IMG/VR virus record: IMGVR_UViG_2862465376_000001
Location: 1-64,000 of that record
Source: a virus
Lineage: Duplodnaviria > Caudoviricetes
Strand: one strand, 5' to 3'
DNA: 64,000 nucleotides
The notes under the pieces are model-generated. The model did not search any database and was not told the origin of the DNA. It saw nothing but the letters and a program-made list of their open reading frames with translations. Both the position numbers and the translations under genes were made by a program. Below, in pieces: positions 9,113 to 18,192 of this stretch. Positions within the stretch are counted from its first letter, which is position 1. Each line of letters opens with the position of its first letter.

Positions 9113-9472
9113 ATGGCCACTCGCCCCGCGCCCCCGTCCATGCCCGCTCCGATCCGCCAGATGCTGATTCACGCCGACCCGGTCTCCGGGCGGGTCATCG
9201 GCGCGAGCGCCCAGTTCCCGCTGATGATGACCAGGCGGTACGTGACCCAGAGGGGCTCCGGCTACTACCTCACCCGCCACGGCCGCCGGGTGCGCGACCA
9301 AGTGATCGCCACGCGCCGGGAGGTCACCGTCGAGGGCCTGCCGTTCCGGGTGATCGACCACATCACTGAGCTGTACCTGTCCGGCAAGAGCATCCAGGAG
9401 ATCACCCAGCGCACCAGAGCCTCGGAGAAGGCCGTCTTGGCCGCGCTGGAGTTCCGCAAGGTGCTCGCATGA
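9113..9472 (+). CDS. Hypothetical protein with C-terminal HTH-like segment
   Basis: ELYLSGKSIQEITQRTRASEKAV. Confidence 0.65.
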   Translation: MATRPAPPSMPAPIRQMLIHADPVSGRVIGASAQFPLMMTRRYVTQRGSGYYLTRHGRRVRDQVIATRREVTVEGLPFRVIDHITELYLSGKSIQEITQRTRASEKAVLAALEFRKVLA

Positions 9473-9675
9473 ACATCCGGATCGACCTCGACGCCGCCGC
9501 GTTCAACGCCCGGTGGACCGACGAGGAGCCGGACGGCGAGTTCGTCTTCGCCACCCTGAAGGAGGCCAAGGCCCGCGCGCTGAACGGGGCCACCGCCGAA
9601 CGGGACGCCTGGGCCTCCTGCGTCCGCGACATCCGCTCCTTCACCCTGGATGAGGTCTCCCCCGCCTGGGACTGA
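9469..9675 (+). CDS. Hypothetical phage protein
   Basis: ATGA overlap. Confidence 0.7.
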   Translation: MNIRIDLDAAAFNARWTDEEPDGEFVFATLKEAKARALNGATAERDAWASCVRDIRSFTLDEVSPAWD

Positions 9676-9682
9676 CCCTGTC

Positions 9683-9738
9683 CGGCCGGACCGCCAACCG
9701 GCCGCCACCACATCCACCACCTCGACCGCCACGAGGAG
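9683..9738 (+). promoter_or_regulatory. Tandem CCGCCA-loop hairpins
   Basis: CGGCCGG-ACCGCCAA-CCGGCCG and CCTCG-ACCGCCA-CGAGG covering GAGGAG. Confidence 0.8.
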
Positions 9739-9745
9739 AACACCC

Positions 9746-10183
9746 ATGTCCACGTACGCCCTCGCGAAGGCCTCCGCCTACCTCCGCGTCAACCACCGCA
9801 CCAAGCACGCCGAGGTCGTCCACGGCGCCCAGGTGAACTTCGTACTCACCGAGGTCTACGAGGACCAGCAGGTGCGTCAGCAGCCCGGCGGCGGGTTCGT
9901 CGTCACGGCCGACGACTGGACCGTCATCCAGTACACGCCGCTGGCCCCGACCCAGGACCTGCGGCAGCTGGCCGACTCGTACAAGCACTGGACGGCGCCG
10001 GGCAACGGCCAGAAGTTCCACGAGCAGCCGCCCATGGAGGGCAAGGCGCTGCAGGTCCTGCTCCGGCGCCAGCCCGGGACGTTCCACGTCACGCGGCTCG
10101 GCGAGATCGCCCACCTGTACGGCGGGCGGATCCGCAACCAGTACAAGCCGCTGACGGCCGCCGACATGGCGAAGGCCGCCTGA
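9746..10183 (+). CDS. Hypothetical phage protein
   Basis: GAGGAG RBS, ATG 9746. Confidence 0.8.
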   Translation: MSTYALAKASAYLRVNHRTKHAEVVHGAQVNFVLTEVYEDQQVRQQPGGGFVVTADDWTVIQYTPLAPTQDLRQLADSYKHWTAPGNGQKFHEQPPMEGKALQVLLRRQPGTFHVTRLGEIAHLYGGRIRNQYKPLTAADMAKAA

Positions 10184-10187
10184 GAGG

Positions 10188-10601
10188 ATGGGCGGCATGG
10201 CGAAGGACGTGTCTCCCCAGGAGGAGACGACAGGGAAGCTGTCGGCGGCGTACTACGTGTCGGTGTCGGTCGATGAGAAGGGGCAGATCCCCGGGACGGC
10301 CGCCGCGCTGGAGCCGTCGCTGCGCCGGGCTGTCAGAGAGTCGTATCCGGGCGAGGCCGGGTGTGCGGTGCTGCAGGCAGTGATCAACGAGCCGCCGCCC
10401 GCTGGCTCGGGTTACATGGGATGGAACGTGGGCGTGACAGCGGTCATCGACCTGACGGCGTGGCGGCGGGATGTGGGCCCCACGAACGGACAGCATGCGG
10501 CGGCAACGGTGCGGGACCTGCTGGCCGACGCGGACGTGGCAGCAAGCGGGGCGCGGATCGACGCCGTCGAGTTGCAGCTGCTGATGCACGCGCCGTTGTA
10601 G
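10188..10601 (+). CDS. Hypothetical phage protein
   Basis: ORF filling the gap up to the terminator; start may be 10197. Confidence 0.6.
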   Translation: MGGMAKDVSPQEETTGKLSAAYYVSVSVDEKGQIPGTAAALEPSLRRAVRESYPGEAGCAVLQAVINEPPPAGSGYMGWNVGVTAVIDLTAWRRDVGPTNGQHAAATVRDLLADADVAASGARIDAVELQLLMHAPL

Positions 10602-10612
10602 TCCGTACCGTT

Positions 10613-10648
10613 GGAGCCCCGCCCTGCCGTTTCCGGGGGCGGGGCTTC
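10613..10648 (+). terminator. Intrinsic terminator-like hairpin
   Basis: GAGCCCCGCCC / GGGCGGGGCTT inverted repeat after stop. Confidence 0.65.
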
Positions 10649-10726
10649 GCCATGTCGGTCTCTGGCCAGCGGATGACACGCCGTGTCAGTTTTTTGCATA
10701 TGCCTCATCCACCTGTTCGGCGCGTG

Positions 10727-10800
10727 TAGAGTGTGGCGAACAGATCCCGCCAAGTCTGTGCATCTGCTCGTCAGTTCGCCTGTCTCCACCCGCCAGGAGA
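10727..10800 (+). promoter_or_regulatory. -10 element plus tandem CCGCCA-loop leader hairpins
   Basis: TAGAGT; GGCGAAC-AGA-TCCCGCCAAG-TCTGT..GTTCGCC; TCTCC-ACCCGCCA-GGAGA. Confidence 0.75.
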
Positions 10801-10806
10801 TCCACC

Positions 10807-11061
10807 ATGTCTGGACCACGCCCTGCTTCCGAGCGCGCCTCCGTATCCGGGGTCGACATCAGTGCGTGCACCATGCTGCCCGACCAGGCGGCGGAGTGGC
10901 TGGGGTGGAGCACCGAGAAGATGGACGACCTGGTCGAGAAGTCCCGGAAGAACGCCGCGCGGGGCATCGTCGGCCCGCTGGAGCTGATTCCCGGGACGCC
11001 GAGCATCACCCTGACGTCGCTCTTCGCTTACCGCCGCCGCCTGACGGCCTCCACCCTCTGA
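10807..11061 (+). CDS. Small putative DNA-binding (excisionase/HTH-like) protein
   Basis: MLPDQAAEWLGWSTEKM resembles MerR/Xis-type HTH. Confidence 0.55.
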   Translation: MSGPRPASERASVSGVDISACTMLPDQAAEWLGWSTEKMDDLVEKSRKNAARGIVGPLELIPGTPSITLTSLFAYRRRLTASTL

Positions 11062-11073
11062 CTGAACGAAAGG

Positions 11074-11093
11074 GGGGCAACCCGCCATGCCCC
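11074..11093 (+). promoter_or_regulatory. CCGCCA-loop hairpin pairing RBS with start codon
   Basis: GGGGCA-ACCCGCCA-TGCCCC. Confidence 0.7.
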
Positions 11094-11611
11094 ACCCGGA
11101 CATTCACGCAGTCCGCGACAACGTCGGCCTCCGCGACATGGAGGCCCACCGGTTCGTGGCCTGCCTGGCCCTGGACGACTTCTCCAGCCGTCGTCACACC
11201 CGCCTGCAGTGGACCCACCAGAAGGTGGCCCGGACGCTCGGCGTGGTGCCCGCCTTCACGACGCTGGTGACGAACTACCTCGACTACCGCCGTTCCCAGC
11301 GGACCATCGGCCTGACCGACCGTGGCATCCGCGTCTGGGGTGCGCAGGGCGCCCAGCTGTTCCTGTTCGAGGACAACACGCCGCTGGACCTGCTGAACCT
11401 GAACACCAGCGGGGACCGCACCGAGCAGATGGGCGCCGTCCTGCGCGAGGCCCTCCACCGCAAGATCCGCGTCGACCCGGACACCGCCGCCTCGGCCGAG
11501 AAGCTCCTGAGCCGGGCGTGCGGCATGACCTGGGAGACCGTCGTCAACACCTACCAGCGGCAGCTGCGCGCGCAGGCCCCCACCGCCGTGACCGAGGAGA
11601 AGGCAGCATGA
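11087..11611 (+). CDS. Hypothetical phage protein
   Basis: Codon usage, RBS. Confidence 0.8.
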   Translation: MPHPDIHAVRDNVGLRDMEAHRFVACLALDDFSSRRHTRLQWTHQKVARTLGVVPAFTTLVTNYLDYRRSQRTIGLTDRGIRVWGAQGAQLFLFEDNTPLDLLNLNTSGDRTEQMGAVLREALHRKIRVDPDTAASAEKLLSRACGMTWETVVNTYQRQLRAQAPTAVTEEKAA

Positions 11612-12192
11612 GCAGCAAGAATGTGGGCCACGTGTCGCTCGTCTACTACCCGCACGGGCAGTTCTTCCCGCAGGAGCGGGTGTTCGACGCGATGACCGAC
11701 GACGATCTGGCGTTCCTCGTCGCCGGGCTGTACGCCCGCCGGATGCGCACCTCGCAGCGTCACATGGACCTGCAGCAGCTGAAGAAGACCCGCCAGGGGC
11801 AGATCGCCTGGTACGCGGACCGGATGATCGAGGCCCTGTACGACGGGCTCGGCGGCTGGCGGCGGCTGCTGCCGATGCGGGTCCGGGTACGGATCGTTCA
11901 GGCGCAGATGGACTACCTGCGCGACCTCACGGTCGTGTGGACCGACGAGCTGGTCGCCCTGCACGCCGAGGCCACTCGCGCCGGTGGAGGCGTTCCGCTG
12001 GTTTCGCGGCGGATCAGCTCGGCGCCGGAGAACGGGCCCCGGGTCCGCTGCGGCGGCACTCCCACCTCGACGTGCACGGCGGACATGCTCCTCGGCGAAC
12101 CGCTGCCCGAGGGCTGGACCATGGGGGTCGAGGACGTCCCGCACTGCCCCGAGCACCCGGTCGTCGCGCTGGTGAAGGAGACCGTGGCATGA
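11608..12192 (+). CDS. Hypothetical phage protein
   Basis: ATGA overlap, GAGGAG RBS. Confidence 0.75.
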   Translation: MSSKNVGHVSLVYYPHGQFFPQERVFDAMTDDDLAFLVAGLYARRMRTSQRHMDLQQLKKTRQGQIAWYADRMIEALYDGLGGWRRLLPMRVRVRIVQAQMDYLRDLTVVWTDELVALHAEATRAGGGVPLVSRRISSAPENGPRVRCGGTPTSTCTADMLLGEPLPEGWTMGVEDVPHCPEHPVVALVKETVA

Positions 12193-12386
12193 CGCGGTTC
12201 CTGATAGGTCTCGTCGCCGGTGCCGCCTGCGGCGGCATCGCCTACGCCGCCTCGGACAACACCCTGCTGGCCGTCATCGTCGGGGCCGGGGTGGCGCTCG
12301 CGGTGTGGGCCCGGCTCTTCGACCTGATCGCGGACGGCATCGGCGCGGCCATGATCTGGGCGATGAACGGCGGGGAGTCCGACTGA
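12189..12386 (+). CDS. Small membrane protein
   Basis: AAGGAG RBS; MTRFLIGLVAGAAC... hydrophobic. Confidence 0.7.
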   Translation: MTRFLIGLVAGAACGGIAYAASDNTLLAVIVGAGVALAVWARLFDLIADGIGAAMIWAMNGGESD

Positions 12387-12562
12387 TGTGGCGCACCGCA
12401 GGGGGCGCGGCGGCCGGAGTCGCCGCTGGCGCCGCCACCGACTGGTACACCGGCTTCCTCGACAAGGGGATCTTCGTCGGAGGGTTCGTCGCCGTCACGG
12501 TGTGGTTCTGGCCATGGGGGCTGCCCGCGCGCCTGGCCCAGACAGGAGGGCGTCGTGGCTGA
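12386..12562 (+). CDS. Small membrane protein
   Basis: TGATG coupling; hydrophobic. Confidence 0.6.
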   Translation: MWRTAGGAAAGVAAGAATDWYTGFLDKGIFVGGFVAVTVWFWPWGLPARLAQTGGRRG

Positions 12563-13037
12563 CGAGTTGACGGCGGTGTTCTTCTCGCAGGGCGGCCGGA
12601 AGTACCACAGGACGCAGGACTGCCACGCGCTGGAGTCGGCGCAGGTCCTGTGGGACGGCGACAGCCCCGACGACTACCCGCTCGGCGCCCCGTGGTTCGG
12701 CGGGTACGCCGTCCGGCGGGCGCCCGAGCACTACGCGTACTACCTGTCCGGGAAGCGGCCGTGCCTGGTGTGCCTGCCCGGCCGGGGCGTGCCGTTCGCG
12801 TCGGCCGCCGACTTCGGACACCGGCCGGTGTCCGGGTTCATCGACGGCCGGGCGATCGGCCTGATCTGCAGGCGGTGCCGGATCGTGCACCGCAACACCA
12901 CGATCGTCCTCGACGGCGACCTGTGGACGATGGGGAGCGTCAGCACGGTGAGATGGCCGTGCGTGTCCGCGATCGTCCTCGGCGTCGCGGACCAGGAGGC
13001 GTCCTCGCTTCCCCGGCCGCTGCCGAGGGCGGCGTAG
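12555..13037 (+). CDS. Hypothetical protein with Ada-like metal-binding motif
   Basis: GRKYHRTQDC...RPCLVC; second CRRC..WPC. Confidence 0.65.
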   Translation: MADELTAVFFSQGGRKYHRTQDCHALESAQVLWDGDSPDDYPLGAPWFGGYAVRRAPEHYAYYLSGKRPCLVCLPGRGVPFASAADFGHRPVSGFIDGRAIGLICRRCRIVHRNTTIVLDGDLWTMGSVSTVRWPCVSAIVLGVADQEASSLPRPLPRAA

Positions 13038-13047
13038 GACCGGGTGG

Positions 13048-13082
13048 CTGTCCGATGGCTGATCGGCGGGCCTATGGGGTGG
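13048..13082 (+). promoter_or_regulatory. Late-type bipartite promoter motif
   Basis: CTGTC-N20-TATGGGGTGG upstream of dcd. Confidence 0.6.
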
Positions 13083-13099
13083 AGAAAGGAGCCCACCAC

Positions 13100-13645
13100 A
13101 TGCTCGCCGACTGGCAGATCACGGAACGCATCACCCAAGGGGACCTGGACATCTCCCCGTTCGACCCGGAGCGGGTCCAGCCCGCTTCGGTCGACCTGCT
13201 GCTCGACCAGTACGTACGCACCCTCGCCGGACCGAAGCGGGCCGAGATCGACGTCGCGGACGTTCAGCCCCGGCACACGACGCTCGGCCAGATCGGCGAG
13301 GACGGCTGGCTGCTGGAGCCGGGGGACTTCCTCCTGGCCTGCACCGTCGAGCGCGTGACCCTGCCGCCGGACCTGGCGGCCCGGGTCGAAGGCAAGAGTT
13401 CCCTGGGCCGCCTGGGGCTCACCGTCCACGTGACGGCGGGCTTCATCGACCCGGGGTTCACCGGACAGATCACGCTGGAGATCGCCAATCTCTCGGGCAA
13501 GCCGCTCCGGCTGCGGAAGCTGATGCCGATCGCCCAGCTGTGCCTGATCCCGATGTCGGCCGCCCCCTCGCGGCCGTACGGGAGCGCGGGCAACCACTAC
13601 CAGGGCCAGTACGGCCCGACGGAGTCTCGCTACCAGATGCGCTGA
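13100..13645 (+). CDS. dcd: dCTP deaminase
   Basis: QPASVDL, ARVEGKSSLGRLGL, TAGFIDPGFTGQITLE, YQGQYGPTESR. Confidence 0.95.
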   Translation: MLADWQITERITQGDLDISPFDPERVQPASVDLLLDQYVRTLAGPKRAEIDVADVQPRHTTLGQIGEDGWLLEPGDFLLACTVERVTLPPDLAARVEGKSSLGRLGLTVHVTAGFIDPGFTGQITLEIANLSGKPLRLRKLMPIAQLCLIPMSAAPSRPYGSAGNHYQGQYGPTESRYQMR

Positions 13646-13718
13646 TTCTGTGCTTTGGCGGTGGTTGTCAGTGACTCCCGGCACAATCCGATTACCGCCA
13701 CAGCAAAGGGAGAACGCC

Positions 13719-15497
13719 ATGGCGAAGCGCAAGGACCAGTTTCTGCCCCGCCCGGACACGGTCTGGTCGACCCGGGGGCGCTCCCGGGTCCCGAACTTCA
13801 TCCAGTCCATCCAGGCGAGAACAGAGGACCTGCGCCAGCAGTCTCGGATTCTGCAGCTGCGGGAGTTCGATCCCGACGGCGCCGGGGCCTGCCGCGACTG
13901 GTGGTGGGGTTTCGACGCCGCCTGGAGGACCGACGACGGCGCCTGCATCCGGGCCCGGCTGCAGATCTCTCCCGACAAGGCCGAGACGGTCCAGGCGAAG
14001 GCGACCAAGAAGTCGCTGTCCCAGCCCGGCGCGGCACCGGTCGGCATGGGATGGCTGCTGACGGCCGAGGCCGACCAGCCGTGGCAGGAGCAGTGGCCCT
14101 CCCCGCTGGAGATGTTCTTCGACCTGGCGAAGAACTCCTTGAAGGACTCCTTCTTCTCGATGTGCGACTGGGCCTCGGGGCAGTTGACGCTCACCGACTC
14201 CACCTTGTCCAGCCAGGACGTCCCCACCAGAGACACCCTGGCCGAACTGACGTCGTACGCGCCCTACATCACGGTGCTGACACACGACTGGCAGCACATG
14301 GACGACATCCGGGAGGAAAGCGTCCCGGGCGTGGTGAAACTGCTGCCGCCCAGCCTGACCGGCAGGGTCGTGGAGACCCTGCTGTGGGGCGACCAGGACC
14401 AGGAGGTCAACGCGGAGCTGGGAGACCTCAAGGTGCAGGTGCCGTGGGGCGGCGCGGTGATCGTGCCGAACCGGCCCCGGCCCGAGGGGTGGCCGCTCAC
14501 CGACTGCGTCATCCGTCGGCCGCCGGGCGGCGGGATCGAGCAGCTGCAGAAGGAGGTCGCCGAGGCGGTCGTCCGCTACTCCCGGCTGCCGGTGCACTAC
14601 GAGCGGGACGTGCGCGCCGAGATCGAGGACTTCCACGCGAACTGGGCACTGCCCGAGGTCGGTCCGGCGTCCACACGGCTGCTGGTGGAGAAGCAGCGCG
14701 TGGAGGAGGACAACGAGCGGCTGAACCAGGTGATCAACGGGCTGCGGGACGAGCTGTCCGCCGCGCAGCGGCACGGCCAGGAGATGCTGCGGCTCAAGAA
14801 CGCGGCCGAGACGGCGGCCACCAGGCTTCTGGAGGAGGCCCAGGCCAGTGATGCCCGGCAGGCGCAGGAGCAGGCCGAACGGGCGTGGGCGGCGTATGAG
14901 GCGGCCGAAGCCGAGGTGGAGCGGCTGACCAGTGAGGCGGCGTGGCTGCGGCGGGAGCGGGCCCAGAGCCTCGGCAAGAGCTACTCGGACCCGGCGCCAG
15001 AGCCGCTGCCGGGTCCGAAGAGCTGGGACGAGCTGCTGGAGCTGGCGGGAGGACTGCTGACGAAGGTCCGCGTCGGTAACATCGCCAAGGGAGTGGGACT
15101 GCTGCGCGGCCACGAGAAGGAGAAGGTGTGGCTGCAGCGAAGCTGGTCCGCCCTGGAGTCCTACCAGGCGTACGCGGAGGCGAAGGCGGAGCACGGCCCG
15201 GTTGTACTGCCTCACATGCGGTCCTACCTGCAGTGGCAGAGGGCCACGGTCATCTTCCCCACCACGTGGCATGCCCCTAATGACGCATCGGCCCTGTCGC
15301 GCGATCCGAAGTACACCGCCGCGCGGACGTTCACCGTGCCGGATCTCGGCCCGGTGGTCATGGCCGAGCATGTGCGTATCGACCACGGGCGGCCTCCTGC
15401 GCCGCGTATGCACGTGTACGACGACACGTGCGGGCCCACGGGCATGGTGCACATCGGGTACATCGGTCCGCACCTGCCCAACGGACGCGACAGCTGA
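13719..15497 (+). CDS. Coiled-coil protein with putative C-terminal RelE-like domain
   Basis: Central coiled coil; C-terminal HVRI...PRMHVYDDT...VHIGYIGPHLPN. Confidence 0.65.
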   Translation: MAKRKDQFLPRPDTVWSTRGRSRVPNFIQSIQARTEDLRQQSRILQLREFDPDGAGACRDWWWGFDAAWRTDDGACIRARLQISPDKAETVQAKATKKSLSQPGAAPVGMGWLLTAEADQPWQEQWPSPLEMFFDLAKNSLKDSFFSMCDWASGQLTLTDSTLSSQDVPTRDTLAELTSYAPYITVLTHDWQHMDDIREESVPGVVKLLPPSLTGRVVETLLWGDQDQEVNAELGDLKVQVPWGGAVIVPNRPRPEGWPLTDCVIRRPPGGGIEQLQKEVAEAVVRYSRLPVHYERDVRAEIEDFHANWALPEVGPASTRLLVEKQRVEEDNERLNQVINGLRDELSAAQRHGQEMLRLKNAAETAATRLLEEAQASDARQAQEQAERAWAAYEAAEAEVERLTSEAAWLRRERAQSLGKSYSDPAPEPLPGPKSWDELLELAGGLLTKVRVGNIAKGVGLLRGHEKEKVWLQRSWSALESYQAYAEAKAEHGPVVLPHMRSYLQWQRATVIFPTTWHAPNDASALSRDPKYTAARTFTVPDLGPVVMAEHVRIDHGRPPAPRMHVYDDTCGPTGMVHIGYIGPHLPNGRDS

Positions 15498-15512
15498 GCT
15501 GAGGACCTCTTC

Positions 15513-15547
15513 CTGTCTCACCCCTTCTTCGGCCCTCCAAGGGGCGG
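15513..15547 (+). promoter_or_regulatory. Late-type bipartite promoter motif
   Basis: CTGTC-N20-CAAGGGGCGG. Confidence 0.75.
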
Positions 15548-15562
15548 AAGGAGGGGTGACGC

Positions 15563-17770
15563 ATGTACGACACCAGCCGTGACGCGCCGGACGACCTGTG
15601 GGTCAGCGATCCGTGGGCCGACGACGAGTCCGTTCGTGAGCCGATGCGTCCTGCTGCGCGTGGTACGCGCCGCAACCCCTCCCGCGAAGACAAGTCCGTA
15701 CGCCGCCGGATGCGCCGCGCGGGCGCGCAGGAGGAGAACAGCATGCCCAGCACCCAACGCTCCGAGCTGCTGCAGCGGATCGCGAGCGCCACCATGTTCG
15801 ACGAGCAGATGAAGCTCGTCCAGGCACTCGACGAACTGGACCAGGCCGAACGGCGTACCGCCGCTCTGGACCGGGAGATGGACCTGGCGGACACCTCGAT
15901 CCGTGAGGCGATGACGCCGGTCATCTCGCGTACCGCGCGGGGTACGTCCGAGTCGGACTGGCTGAGCACCGAGGTCGCCGACGACGAGTTCGACCACGGC
16001 CGCATGGTCGCGCAGGCGGCCCTGTGGTACGGCCGCGTGCCGGAGATCGTCCTGCGGGACGAGCAGGAGTTCACCGAGCAGGCCCGGGGCATGGCGCGGC
16101 ACGTCGCGGCGAGTCTGGGCACGCAGGCCGCCACGGCGGAGTCGGTGTTCGTGGACTACGCGGCGTTCCTGCGGTCCCGGACGGCGGCGTCCGGGATCGA
16201 CCAGATCCAGCAGACGACCGCGCCGGACGGGGTGACGGAGAAGGCGACGCCGCTGCCGCCGGACGTCTTCGACAACTTCGCGCCGCCGGTCAACGACATG
16301 AACGCGGGCATCGTCGGGACGGAGACCTCCGACCGGGCCCCGGCGATCCAGCAGGCCGTCAACGGCGGCGGGAACTCCAGCCCGGAGGTGCCCGGCGGGC
16401 ACTCGGAGACCGGGAACATGACCGGCCCGGGTGCGGAGCCGTCCCTGGGCGGCAGCACCGGTGGCGGCGAGGGCGGCTCCTCGCTCGCCGGTGAGGGCCC
16501 CGCCGGGGGCAGCTCCTCGCCGGAGCGGGCGGGCGGGCACTCCGACTACGCCGACATCCCGGTCGAGGGCGGCCCCGCCAAGCAGCCGGAGGCGGAGCCC
16601 GCGCAGGAGGAGACCGAGCAGACCCAGCAGGCGGGCCCGGCGTTCCCCGGCCGGAAGAAGGAGGCCGCGTCCGGGCTGCAGCAGGTCCAGCAGACCACCG
16701 ACGTCAACAACCAGACGCACACGACTCCGCTGCCGACCACCGTGGCGTTCCCGTGGCTCCTCGACGAGGGCGAGCAGGCCGACGGCATGACCGGCCAGGC
16801 CCACTACGACCAGGGCGGGGAAGTCTCCGGCGGCCACCAGGCGCACGCCTCGCGGCGGGTGCAGGCCGACCAGTGGACCCAGCCCCACCAGTTCCCGCAG
16901 CCGAACATCGCGAACTCCCCGGCGACCACGCCGCCCCGCAACGTCCAGGAGGCCGGGAGCGGCGCGGCGGATGCGGCCAACCCGGACGCTGCGCCGTCCT
17001 TCGGTGACGCCCACGCCGCCCCGGCTTACACCCAGTCCTACACCAACGCGGCGCCGTCCGCGCCCGCGCAGAACGTGCCGGTGTCCATGGGCGGCGACAA
17101 CGGCACCGGCCGGATGCACCCGGCGTTCGCGTCCCGGAAGGTCGCCTCGAAGCAGGAGATGTCCCACCCGGACTTCCAGCGCGGCTACAAGTACGCGGCC
17201 CGCTGGAAGCCCGGCACCCCGGTCGTGCGGCCCGGCTCGCCCGAGCTGGAGGCCGGTATCTACGCCGCGCTGACCGACCTTCCCTCGCAGCGGCTGGCGT
17301 GGCTGTCCGTGCACGCGTCGCTGTCCGAGGTGGAGCCGGGCCTGGGCGAGCGGATCGCCCGGCACCGCGAGCTGACCCACAAGGTCGCCGCCGCCGAGGT
17401 CCTGCCGACCGACGGCACGTACCTGCACGTCGAGGCCGCCACCGGCATCGACCTGGAGACCACCAACCCGTCCACGTCGCCGTCGCCGACCGGCGACACC
17501 CCGATCAACGGTCCCGGCCGCCCCGGCCCGCTCGCGGGGCAGCAGGACGCGGCGGCCCCGGCCGGGGCCGCCCCCTACAACGGGGCCGAGCCGCTCGGCC
17601 AGCCGGTCGTCCCGCCCTCGGCGACCGCGCCGCAGGGCACGCCGGTGACCATCCCCGACACCGGCATGGCGTCCGCGACCAACACCGGCTCCGGCCTCTC
17701 GCCGACGGCCTCCTCGTTCCGCCGCCGCGTGCAGGCGGGCCTCCTCGCCGAGAAGAAGGGCCAGCGATGA
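15563..17770 (+). CDS. Putative virion head polyprotein (second in-frame start at 15743)
   Basis: Low-complexity protein with internal repeats SGIDQIQQTT/SGLQQVQQTT, VAFPW motif shared with scaffold. Confidence 0.75.
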   Translation: MYDTSRDAPDDLWVSDPWADDESVREPMRPAARGTRRNPSREDKSVRRRMRRAGAQEENSMPSTQRSELLQRIASATMFDEQMKLVQALDELDQAERRTAALDREMDLADTSIREAMTPVISRTARGTSESDWLSTEVADDEFDHGRMVAQAALWYGRVPEIVLRDEQEFTEQARGMARHVAASLGTQAATAESVFVDYAAFLRSRTAASGIDQIQQTTAPDGVTEKATPLPPDVFDNFAPPVNDMNAGIVGTETSDRAPAIQQAVNGGGNSSPEVPGGHSETGNMTGPGAEPSLGGSTGGGEGGSSLAGEGPAGGSSSPERAGGHSDYADIPVEGGPAKQPEAEPAQEETEQTQQAGPAFPGRKKEAASGLQQVQQTTDVNNQTHTTPLPTTVAFPWLLDEGEQADGMTGQAHYDQGGEVSGGHQAHASRRVQADQWTQPHQFPQPNIANSPATTPPRNVQEAGSGAADAANPDAAPSFGDAHAAPAYTQSYTNAAPSAPAQNVPVSMGGDNGTGRMHPAFASRKVASKQEMSHPDFQRGYKYAARWKPGTPVVRPGSPELEAGIYAALTDLPSQRLAWLSVHASLSEVEPGLGERIARHRELTHKVAAAEVLPTDGTYLHVEAATGIDLETTNPSTSPSPTGDTPINGPGRPGPLAGQQDAAAPAGAAPYNGAEPLGQPVVPPSATAPQGTPVTIPDTGMASATNTGSGLSPTASSFRRRVQAGLLAEKKGQR

Positions 17771-18189
17771 GCGATGTCAAAGAACTCGCCGAACTGTGGA
17801 CGCAGTACGCGGCGGCCCAGAACGACATCTCGAAGAAGGAGCCGGTGCGCAACCTCCAGCTCCGCAAGGAAGACGGCGGCGACGAGCTGCTCTTCCTGAC
17901 GGCGGACGGCAGCCTGCTGGACGGAGACGACGCCTGGAGGCAGATCAAGCGTTCCGCCGCCGACGTTGCGTACCAGGTCAAGGCCGTGCAGGACGTCGAG
18001 CGCTGCCGGGCGCTCCTTGACGCTGCCCTGCACTCCTACCAGGAACTCAGCACTGTCGGCCTGCTGATGCCCGAGGCGATCGAGGCCATCGGCAGGCACC
18101 TGGCCTCTGCAGGTCACACGGACACCGCCGCCGTCTCCGCCTGGGAGTCCTACGGGCCGGTGCAGCAGTACGACACGAAGGGCGCCTGA
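17767..18189 (+). CDS. Hypothetical protein
   Basis: ATGA overlap; MSDVKELAELW... Confidence 0.7.
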   Translation: MSDVKELAELWTQYAAAQNDISKKEPVRNLQLRKEDGGDELLFLTADGSLLDGDDAWRQIKRSAADVAYQVKAVQDVERCRALLDAALHSYQELSTVGLLMPEAIEAIGRHLASAGHTDTAAVSAWESYGPVQQYDTKGA

Positions 18190-18192
18190 GCC

